Below, piece after piece: positions 26,501-37,709 of a stretch of DNA of 64,000 bases; within the stretch, counting starts at the first letter, position 1, and every line of letters starts with the position of its first letter. The position numbers and the translations under genes were made by a program. The notes beneath the pieces are model-generated. The model did no database searches. It saw nothing but the letters and a program-made list of their open reading frames with translations, and was not told where the DNA came from. This DNA is from Lingula anatina (lineage: Eukaryota; Animalia; Brachiopoda). The stretch lies in the NCBI GenBank assembly GCA_051362555.1, contig CM120644.1:5588954-5652953 (forward strand), written 5' to 3'.

Positions 26501-29500
26501 GCCCATAGCCACACGGCTTATACTTAAGGCCTAATGTCAATTTCAAATTTTACAAATTTTGCCTTGAAAAGTAGGTCAAGGTCACTGAAACTGGGTCTGT
26601 GGCATATTCTTGCCATAGGCTACCTATGATAATTATTTCAGATTTTTTGCGAAAAAAAACGCGTCGAAAGAATAATAATAATAATACTACCAAAAACAAT
26701 AGTATTCCCCTATGGGGAATCCTAATAATGCATTGTAAAAAAATACGTCTAATACCAATTTCATTGAGAAACTCTGACATTCATACCGGCTTAAGTATCC
26801 ACATATCTCCTTCAGGAGTGGCATCCCAAGCTTTCTTGAAAGCTTGCTTGTCTCCTGGGAAAATGTAACTCTCTGGATAGAAGCCGTACTCTTCCACACC
26901 GTATTTTTGTCGTTGTCGCGCCAGTCCCCAAGCCAGTAGATTCTTACACCCCAAATGATGACTACCGGGAATGTGATTGAACTGTAATTAAACAGAATAC
27001 AAATACTTCTAATGTTTAACTCAAAATTGTTTTTAGAGCGAGCCGTTTATATGACATTCTGTTGGTCTTAACTACATGTATGAGATTATCTGTGTCCAGT
27101 TCATGTAGTTGATCGTGATGTGAAAACACTTTTTTTAACAAAAGTTATTCATTTTTCGTGTCCTTTTCTCTTTCCTTACTTTAAGTAAGGTTATTCCACA
27201 AATAGTGAACATTTGTTGCTAGTTTCTTCTTATTTTAGTAAAATTAGAAGAAATATTAGGGCAAAAAGATAATATATAAAATAAAAATTAAATACATAAC
27301 TGGCAAAACTACTTCAAATGGTCACTTTTTTGTGAAAAGACCCAGAAACTTAATCTTATTTCTCATAAAAGAAAAAACTAATGAAAGAGTTAATGTATAT
27401 GTAAGGAAATAAGAAGAAAAATCTAGCATAAAAGTCACACATTAGTTTTACCCCAGGAATTAAATATTTCGGTCCGTATTTACCTTTGCTTGAGGCCTAA
27501 GGTAGGTGTGAAGGTGCGTCAGATGTGGTTGAAAGGGAACCCCATAGTGTAAGATATATTCTGAGGGGTCTGAAACGTAACCAAACACAAACATATTTAT
27601 CCCTATTTCCAATACTGTGGCCACCACCTGCCCACTATTATCTCACGGTGTCGTCAGCAACAATTGCTCTAAATTACCGTGACTATAAATAGTCGATAGA
27701 GGGCAGCACTAGAACTAAGGTGCTTTTGTCGTACAACGTCATCACAATTACAGAGGGGAAAGAAACGTACACTATTTGATTGTCATTAAAAAAAAACACT
27801 CACTTAACCCAACTTTTTAATGCTTTTTATAATTTTTAATTGCAGAAATGTTAATAACAATAACACGCACCTGGAATCATCAGACTCGTGTATGAAGAAC
27901 CTCAGACTACCGTAATATGTAAGCCTTTTTCTAATCGTGCTGTACACTTTTCTATTTCGAGCCATTAAAAAATGGCAACTTATTGCGTAGCTATTACAAA
28001 GAGTACCTGAGAGGGTCACCAGAATAATGTAATTTGGTCCTGTTAGTTAGAAGCGAAGTGATGGAAGAAAGTTCATGTAAATGTTCACCCCGACCAAGTA
28101 ATTGATACGGACAAAGTGCTGCAAAACAGAAAAGTAGTGTACATTACGGCATGAAAAGACCTGGATAAACCAGTCGTCACCGAGGCCTATTGTGAAAATC
28201 AAGAAAAGACAATTTATATTCCCCTAGCGGGCAAAAAAAAAAGAAAAAAAAAACGAAAAGTAAAGAACAAAGATCTTACCTGATGTGACGGAAAATCCAG
28301 ATCGCAATAAGAAACTTTCGACTAATTTATTTATGCCTTTGAAGTACTTCAATCGATTTTTTATCGCCGGTGGAAATTCTTCAACTAAATGAAAAACAAA
28401 TCTTAAATACAGCGCATAAATTAATAACAGTACGGCGGTAATATAGCCCCAGTAAGTTTTTATGTAATAAACTCACACTAACAGAAGCTAGATAATCCAC
28501 GTGACCGAACTGATCAAATAATGTCGCTGTATTCATTGGCGGACCCCGTTTCCCTGGATTTTTTCAAAGAGTATGTGTGTTTGATGGGGAGCACAGTTTT
28601 ACAATCTGCCAAATATAAGCTTACTTTCTCTATTATACATGTACATGCAGCGGCGGATCCAGAGATATTTTCTGACAGTCTTCCAAATTATCTTTGTTGA
28701 TCCATCCTCCATTTTTGACCTTCTTCCGACAGAAAAAAAATTAGATACCCGTCAATGTAAACTTGAAAATCTGACCGTCTTCCGGAAGACCCAGAAGACG
28801 CCCTAAATCCGCCCCTGACATGGACATGCACCGTTACAAAAATGAAAATATTGCTTGGTTTTCACTATTTTTGCTAGTATTTTTTGGACTGGGGGAATGT
28901 ACCCAAATCTAAAAGAGAACAGGAGTACGCCTGCCCTTCATGCAACGTTTTTTATACAATAGTAATACATCTAACTATATCTTGAATCATTCCGTCTATA
29001 ATTTCATTATCTCTTACTTGCTTGAGTCGTTAAAATGGCATGCAAATTAAAACAATGAATACCTTTTTGTTCCGGCCTTACAAAATTTATGGTAGCGGGT
29101 ACGTTTGAAAACAAACTTGGGATCAATGCCGGCTGAACATCGTCATCACCGTCATATTTTTCCGTGAATTTTTCTCTGTTTTTAGCAATATGTGACGTAT
29201 CTGTGCTTTCCTTTGGCTCTTCCTCAGTCTTCGACTGTGAGCCCGCACATTCCTGTGTAGTTCTCGCAGCATCGCCTGGGTCGTGCAGCAAATTACATTC
29301 ACCTGCGACTAAATCTATATCCGAGTGTTCAGGCTTTGAATCCTTTAGATCGTCGCCTGCCGTCTGCGTGCATTGCCCAGCATCACCCGTGGGATATGTA
29401 CCTACGTACGACAATAATTACAATAATAATGATAATAAAAACCAATAAATCTGACTTCGATATAACAGAGAAAATCACACATTGTAATGATGAATGCATG

Positions 29501-30037
29501 GTTGCTAGATGATTGGCATTCCACTCCCCCCCCCCCTCCTCCCGGGCCTGGCCCCCTCCCATTCACAGTCAAAAGCAATCAGTCTCTGACAAATACCGTT
29601 CATTAAACATTCCTTGCACTATGCCCCTTCTTGTTACTGTACCTGTTCCCTGGACGTCAGCTAGGTGTGAAGACCTCGAAACAAAAATACCGAATTTAGA
29701 CATGAAATATGAGCAGGGTAATTGCTGTGATGTGAATCTGGAGGTCCACATAAAGAAGATTCATAAAGGAACGGATGCATGAGCTTGAGGTTTGTGTGGG
29801 TCAAAGACTAGAACTGGGAGTATACCTGTACAAATCAATGAATGCAGGTCCTGTATCATGATGCGGAGAGGACTCTGGTAAATGACAATGGGTTTACATG
29901 ACTTGCTAAATAATACCTCAAGTCTCGCAAGCAACATTAAAGATTACTGTCATTACTGTACCTGTATTTTCTCTAACTATACACAGAATCAGGAGCAAAA
30001 CAGCATAGGCTGGAAGTCCAGTAGGATTCCTAGACAT
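21245..30037 (-). CDS. TTLL4: TTLL4-derived tubulin-tyrosine-ligase-family (ATP-grasp) ligase, copy 1, with predicted N-terminal signal peptide (610 aa, 14 exons)
   Basis: Exons (minus): 30037-29962, 29401-29063, 28384-28280, 27569-27484, 26981-26787, 25647-25571, 24876-24748, 24433-24329, 24024-23923, 23720-23586, 23272-23162, 22199-22091, 21858-21707, 21356-21245. All are GT-AG and phase-consistent, 1833 nt with no internal stop. TTLL4-type motifs: [135 protein letters not shown]. This is a divergent paralog, not the canonical ortholog. Confidence 0.9.
25911..26725. mobile_element. Helentron-associated (HINE/DINE-1-like) non-autonomous element in intron 5 of TTLL4-like copy 1
   Basis: Inserted in an (AAT)n tract. 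It has a 5' small palindrome ACTGGCT-G-AAGCCAGT, subterminal inverted repeats AGGATTCCCC (~25944) / GGGGAATCCT (~26714), a terminal hairpin ATTCCCCTATGGGGAAT and internal TGACCTTG repeats. Classification is inferred from this structure. Confidence 0.6.
28648..28817. mobile_element. Short TIR element of the CAG.GGCGGATCC...ATCCGCC.CTG family
   Basis: Termini CAGCGGCGGATCCAG / CTAAATCCGCCCCTG. Related elements lie at 32902-33128, 33280-33491, ~34930-35103 and 54321-54609. Confidence 0.6.
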
Positions 30038-30938
30038 CTTCTAAACGCGGCCGAGGTTTTCACGGCAACACGATCGCGTACATAAAACTGAATACTCTAC
30101 ATGTACTTACAACTGACTATAGCCGCGTAGACTTGATGTAGCTAATCTTGTGAGCAATCACCATATAATTACTTTAATGTTGCATATCAGTAACTGCAGT
30201 GGTATCTTAGAAGATCTACATATTATTATTAGACTGTGATTCCTATCCGACTGAGCGTTTAACTCAAAATATCAACAAAGGTCCATTAAAATTATCTAAT
30301 GGAAAGTTAATAACATACCAAAATTTAATGTGATCCCATTGTTTCTGAAGTGAAAACAGGATTTCCGTCAAGACATGCAATAAACTGACCAAATTACGTA
30401 TCCGTAGATAACATAACTTGATCTTATTCTACCCTGCCGTATTGTGGCAGAATATATAGAGAAAAATAGGAAAAGCCACCCTGTGACTTTGCTGGGTTTT
30501 GGTCAGAGGCGGCGCAGAGAAGATTTTTTTTGTATGAAATGCTGTCGTCTGCAAATGAAGTCACATGGGATGCACTGTTTGACTATAACCCGCCCAAGGT
30601 TGTGACATTGATGATTCAATTGACTTTTAATGACACTTGCAATGGACCAAAATAATAATTTTGATACCATGTTACTAAAATATATAAAACAAACTAAAAA
30701 AAAGAGAACGCGGGTTTTATAGTGCGTATACAAGCGTTTCTTGATAGCAAGTCACGTGAGGCAAAGAAGTGACCTAAGACCATGACATTCATGTGTCTGA
30801 TAAAATTAGATTAAAAAGAGGGAGCGTTAGCGCGCCGAGTAGACAATAGTTGTCATATATTACATACTGTCAGGTATTACATACTGTAGGGCGATTCCCC
30901 GCTATATGTCAAAACACCCATTCCGAGTTCAGTTATAA

Positions 30939-31158
30939 AGCCCCCTTTACACTGGACGGCGTCCTTTCTGCGTCCTGTAGTACGGCACCGTTTGTAGGTA
31001 AAAATATAATACTTTACGTGCCGACAACTGGCTGAATATTAAACATTTATTCTGCAACCAAAGCGATGCTTGTGTCTCCTTTTTAAGACCACAGCGATGC
31101 CAGTTTTTATGGTCGCACAAAAGACGCAGTAAGGGCGCCGTCCAGTGTAAAGGGGGTT
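30939..31158. mobile_element. PIF/Harbinger-type MITE, copy 1
   Basis: TIR AGCCCCCTTTACACTGGACGGCG / CGCCGTCCAGTGTAAAGGGGGTT, flanked by TAA / TTA. Confidence 0.75.
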
Positions 31159-31208
31159 TTAGACACGGTCAATATTTTACCATCTTATTAGTAGTATAGG
31201 ATGAGTTA

Positions 31209-31428
31209 TACCCCCTTTACACTGGACGGCGTCCTTTCTGCGTCCTTTCTGCGACCATGAAATTTGGCATTGCTGTGGTGTTAATAAGGAGGCGCGAGAA
31301 TTGATTTTGTATCAGAATGAATGCTCAATGATCGGCCAGTTGTCGGCACGGAAAGTATTATAATTTTTAACTCTCAAATGACCGTATTGCTGGACTCAGA
31401 AAGGACGTCTTCCAGTGTAAAGGGGGCT
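31209..31428. mobile_element. PIF/Harbinger-type MITE, copy 2 (same family, ~50 bp from copy 1)
   Basis: TIR CCCCCTTTACACTGGACGGCGTCC / GGACGTCTTCCAGTGTAAAGGGGGCT, followed by TTA. The interior is the inverted version of copy 1 (GTGCCGACAACTGG vs CCAGTTGTCGGCAC). Confidence 0.75.
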
Positions 31429-31668
31429 TTAGGGGAAAAAGAAAAATTAAAAAAATAAATAAAAACCACTGACATAATATGTAATAAATTAACTTTCTCT
31501 TTATTTACCAAAATATATTTTCATATTTGTACAAGTTAACTGTTAACCGGATTAAATCCGCCATTTACGTAATATTTCAGTAGTTTTCTTCCTGATAATC
31601 AGCTGGCCAACGCCTACAGGTATTCAAGAAGTCGTTGCCATTTATTTTATTTTTAGAATTCTAAGCGT

Positions 31669-32848
31669 TTATGGATTCAGGTGTTTCTTTTGCTGACAAT
31701 GAGATTCTAGCACTTGGATTCCTTCCTCTTCCTTGAGATGATAGCGTTGCATCCAGTGATAGAGTAGAAGATTGTAGTATCTGGAAGATATTTAAGAGAG
31801 GATAAACAAGTGAACGGAAGAGTAAATGAACAAACAAACAAACAAACAAACAAATAAGAAAACAAAGGGTATATGGAAAAGGTTGTATTTAGTGATAATC
31901 TACTTTAGTCGTCTTGTGACGCCATTAAAACCCAAGCCTGGACTAATTTCTCTCTGTATGAAAATGTATCCATTTTATATTAATGCAATTTCAAAAAACC
32001 AGGTATGTATAATGTTCGTACGAGAATTATCAACATGGTATTAATATTTGAGTAAAATGAACATTGGATACACATCTTACCTGGGTTCTTTGAAGAATTT
32101 GTGATATTTCTTGGTATCCGGTGTTGGATATATTCTTTCAAATAAGCCTTTTCGGTTGTTTTCGTCCAAGGAGTTAATTAAAATCCGTATGTCATCCGGC
32201 GTCAGTTGGTCTAAAATAGCTTGCTGTTGAGACTGTAAATAAATAAATAATAAAATAAATAAATATAAAATAAATAAATAAATAAATGTAACTGTATATA
32301 AAATGCATGGGTTCTTCACTATTTAATGTACCTTCGCACTGCAATGTTTAACAGAAGGTTCGAGGAACTAACAAATATAGTTTCCACTTTCCTGGTTCTT
32401 CGACTTATACAATGTATCATATACATGTATTAGATAAAAAAGTATAAATACATACCTCTAATATTCAAATACGGTTTAATTTTTATATACCCTTTAGTTC
32501 CATGTGTTCGGGAATATGAAATGTTCTGTTTGAAAAAAGCAAAACTATACCTCATCTTTCATTGCAGTGAATTTGTCTTGTTTTTCTTTTTCTTCATCAG
32601 TCAGAGGTTGTGTCCGCAGTCTTGGATCCATAACAAGATGTTTAGGCACCGTTTGTTCGCTAAAATAGAAAGTGGACATAGTTCCATTAAAAAAAGAAAA
32701 CAATCTTTTTGCGTTTTGAACCTAGACGGTTGGGACACGGTTTTCATATTGGATTATAGGTATAGTTACAATTTACACTGGAAATATTCTTATTGGATTT
32801 TCATTTCGACATATTTTCAATAAATGAATAAATGAGCGAAAAATAAGA

Positions 32849-32879
<31 letters not shown>

Positions 32880-35800
32880 GGAAGGAGGGAGGGAGTAAGT
32901 TCAGGGCCGGATCCAGTTTGTTTTGAAGGGGGGTCCGCGGACACAAAGTCGACCCTCCCCCCCCCCCTTCACGTGGGGTTCGGGGGTCGCTGAAGGGACC
33001 GGTAAAATGGGATGTCAAATGGTACGGGCTAAAACTATGATTCAGTTAGTCAAGATACTAGTTTCAAGAGGGATCATTAAAACTAATGGGGGTCAGGACC
33101 CCCCTGACGCCCTCCAAATCCGCCACTGTTTACCGTGCCACTTTACCGGGCTCTTACAGGTAATTCGTCTAGGGGGTGGGGGGGGGGGTACTCCCTTTCA
33201 CTGGCCTAAAGGAATCAAAAAGTCAGCCACTTAGGTGATAATCTTACGTAATAATCAAACATTGAATTGACAGTTTCTACAGGGGCGGATAAAGGATTGT
33301 TTGAATGGGTGTCCGTTTTTTTCTTTTTTATTTTAGGAATGACAGGCCTCGGATAGGAAGCCGACTCTCGGCCCCCTTGGAGTGTTTTAGAGGGTATCGT
33401 TTGGAACTATGAATCAGCTAATGAAAATTTTAATTTCAAGGGAAGAAAATAAGCGTGTCCCTTTCTTCAGAACCCTCTAAATCCTCCACTGAATGACGTG
33501 GTGTTAAGGCAGGAAAGCTACTGAATTAATTCTGGTTTGATCGCTTTTATTACCCAGAACGTTCCTAGACAGATGACTTCATATACTTTAACTTTCATTT
33601 TGTTTTACACTGAGGTTACTGAGATCAGGGAATTATATCGGATATAATTCCCTGCTGTGATTACATGTACACTGATTTTGACTTCACCTGTGCCGCCATA
33701 GAGCACAATCAAAGCCAAAACGGTTCACACCTTAGCGGTTTAAGTTTTGGGTAGTATTTGCCCATTTCAAATGTCGACTGTGGGGTTGTTGCGAAGAAGC
33801 CAATTATTAGAAAAATATATTTGGCAAATAATCCCGCCGGGAAGATCCCATCTTTTTTTGCTGGCCGCAGTTTGCAGGTGGTATGACGCGGTGCTACAAC
33901 GGGAAAGCTACTGAATCAGTTCAAGCAACGTCGCTTTTTTTTATATAAGCCTGCCCGGAACGTTCCTAGTTAAATTATTTCAGATGCAGTTATTTTCATT
34001 TTGTTTTACACTGAGTTTACTTTTGACTTCACCTGTGACGTTATATAGAGCACAGTGAGAGCCAAAGCGGTTCACAAATTGGCGGTTTTAGTTGTGAGTA
34101 GTTTTTGCCATTTCAAACGTCGACTGTAGAGTTGCCCCGGGGACTGTATGAATGTATGAACAGTCTTGATGAGCAAGACCAAAGGGGGTGGGGGGCAAAA
34201 GAAATGCATGATTAGGTAAAGTAATAGCAGCAATGTGACTTTTGAAAATAAAAAACTTTTTGCTGATAATCCCAGCGAGCAGATAACTTTTTTAATGAAA
34301 ATGTTCATATGTTGCGTAGTTGGTAAAGGATATGACCATTCCCACCTAAGTATCAGTTTAGAGACTTTAAAGCAAAAAGGAAAGAAATATAATTGACGAC
34401 GTAGACTTTATGATAGTGACTAGCAATAAGTTGTCAAATCGATCACAAATTCTTAACTTTACCGAACTTTTAGGCAAAAAGGTAATTTGCTAGGACACAC
34501 GAGAGTTAGTCTCGTTTTCAGTTGCGGGGCCAGGTCGTTGTTGAGGTGAATTCGAACTGACATGCGTCATCTGGTATTCGAGCTCGTGACTTGCCGTTTC
34601 CATAGTTTGCTGATGGCTTGATGTTTTTTGCAACCAAGCGCACTACCGACTGTGCCGTGACTGAACCGCCCGTCCTCCGTACATACGATTTTCCTCTTAT
34701 AGTAATCAAAGGCAATTTTAACAATTTCGAGCAAAATAAATCACATCAGACGATTGTGGATTCGAACCAGTGAATAATTGTCAAGCTGTGTCCAAGCCGG
34801 CGATGTTACCACGGAGCCAAGGAAGCTTCGTTGATCGGTGGGGATCAAATAGAAACGTTCTACTTTCTCACAGAGAAGGGCATTATGGCTGAACACAGGA
34901 ACGAGGATTATTTGAAGGGGTTGCGATTTTTCAGGAATGACAGGCCTCGAATGCAAAGCCGACCCTCGCCCCCTTGAAGTGTTTTGGAGGGCAAATAGTA
35001 ATATTTGGAACGGTTAAGAACTATAAATCAGCCAGTCAAAAGTCTAATTCCAAGAGGGGAATATTAGGTCGACTTTTTCTTTCATAATTTTTCTAAATCC
35101 GCTTTTTTAATTGTCCTATTTAAAATTGTGACTGGAATTGTAGTCCGCTTGGAACCGTAGTAAGTTTCCCATTACCTTGAACATGTGGTGCTTGTCGTGT
35201 ATAGTATCTCCAATACTACAAGCTAACGGCTGCCGTCAGGCTCGCCCAGCACATTGTGTTAAAATAATCATGTGTAAATAATGGCATATTACCTGTCTCC
35301 TTGTGACTTGTCTCCGTCGTCTTCTGGTATCTGCACTCCCGCCATGTTCAATATGTCAGCCAGCATTGGGCCGCGCACTTCTATCAGGGTGTTGTTTGAT
35401 ATTCTTTAAAAAAATTGGCAGAATTTCTTGTTTTACACAATGCCTCATTGCACGCAAACCAGCATGCAAACTTTACCCTCACCAATCTTTTAACATATGT
35501 CACATCTGGCACCACAAAACTCCAATAGGACGTAATTAAGTGACGTAAATAATTGATGCTTGTTGACGTAAATAAGTGACGCTTGTTGACACTACATTTA
35601 ATTTATTAGAAGCTAATCATGCTGGCAAATAATTTGCTGGTACGTTTAATACAGCTGACTTTTTTTTTTTGTTCGGAATTCGTTCATGAATGGCAACACT
35701 ATTCTTGTTTCTTCACTTACTTTGGCGATACGTTAATTTCCATAAGCCATGGCTCCAAATTATCATCAATGAAGATATCGTATCCAAACAGTTCGAAGAC

Positions 35801-36902
35801 GCTGTGTCTGTTCTTCACATAGGAATTCGTACCTGCTTGCATGAATTCTTCCCCGCTAAAATTCACATTATAAAGAACGTGGTTAGTATTTATTTTTAAA
35901 AAGTTTTAAATAGTTTTAAAGATTAAAATAAACATTTGTTTTGTCTGGCTTGGTACCAACTCCTATCTTTCATTATTTTACTGGCTATACAAGTATCTCA
36001 TTTTAATTAATTAAAATGAGATACATGAATAGATTTTTATTTACTTATTAATTAATTAATGGAATTATTTATTAATTATAATGCTAACCTCTCACCTTAA
36101 TATGGATTTGATTACAATATCTTTAATCTTATCCCAAATTGGCTGTCGTTCGGCACCGTTATGTTCCTTTAAATGCTGCCAAAACCACGTAAGTGTTCTG
36201 AAATAAAATTGAATAGACATTTGTATAAGTAATATAAGTATGAGTATAATGGAACTAAGTAAATGAAGCCAATAGATAGCCGCATATCAGTTGAGTTGGT
36301 TTGGGTCTTTTTCGACTGTAGGACATTATTCATAATTATAAGAGCGAACAGTGTCAAAAGTGTACAGGTGGAGGACTGCTGAGCTGGAGTCTTAGGGCCA
36401 TTCAGAAGGAGTAATAGCTACTGCACACTAACTCCAAGGTGACTCTCGCTGAATGCAATAAGATTAACAGACTAACACACCTCCTGTTGTTTCCAACGTA
36501 GTCGCACAATCACCAGTTTTTCTATTGATACTCAACGCCAGGAGGAGGTAAGCAAGTCTGTTAATCTGATTGCTTTCAGCGAGAGTCGACGTTAGTGTTG
36601 GTTTTTAAAAATGCATACCACCTACCGTCTGATATCAAATAGCTTGTCTTGTGTGAATTCTGCATTTAACTTATTGACGGCAAAGTTAGTTAAATGTACG
36701 TCACTCCTATCGAAATTGTCCATTGAGTACCTGGAATAATATTTAAAAAGCAATTACCACGATGAAAGAGGAAATTTACTGAATAATAAAATGAAATAGC
36801 ACATGGTTATTACTATAGTACTGGCATGTCCATGACTTATTAGTGATTTTATTATAAATCCAAAAGCCGTATGTAAATGTGTGACCGCCTGAGAGAGAAA
36901 GC

Positions 36903-36939
<37 letters not shown>

Positions 36940-37050
36940 GGAGAGAGAGAGAGAGAAGGTGTATCAGTGTCCTTTGCCATAAGTCCTCTTAGAAAATAAC
37001 CACAGCAGTTTTTTTTCAACGAAAATGTAAAAAAAAAGAAAAAAAAATAA

Positions 37051-37102
<52 letters not shown>

Positions 37103-37669
37103 GCTCACTTCTCCATCGCTATTCTGACTTCACCCTCGGGGAAGATGTATATCCTAAGTGGGTCTATACTACCCACCAACACGTATATCCTTAGGTCCAT
37201 CTTAGCTCCGTCTATCAGCAAGGGGTTGGGAAGGTATCTAGAATGAACAGATGTTTTAGAGTTTTAAAGATACATAACAAGCATAGTTGCGAATATTCCC
37301 TGTAACGCTTACGAATTAATTCCACTAGTTTTTTAAACAACTCAAATAAAACTTAAAACATATTGGAAAGAATATAACAAATTAATTACCCCGTCAGCCT
37401 TAAAAAGCCATTTTAACTTTGAAAAAGTAGTCGTAAATTTGATCTGCCAATTCTTCCCTTTTCGAAATGAAATGAAATGAATGAAATGAAACAAGTTAAC
37501 ATTTTTAGAGTCAAACTTTTTTAAACTAATGTATATAGTGCCATTCGTTTGGGTTATGTTGCAATGACGTGACATGTATTCTCGCTTCATCTACATCTTT
37601 AATGTTCTTTATAAAATAAGGAGCCTGGTTAAAATCTATTGGGCCTATTGTTTGTTTGCAACCCTGTCC

Positions 37670-37709
<40 letters not shown>

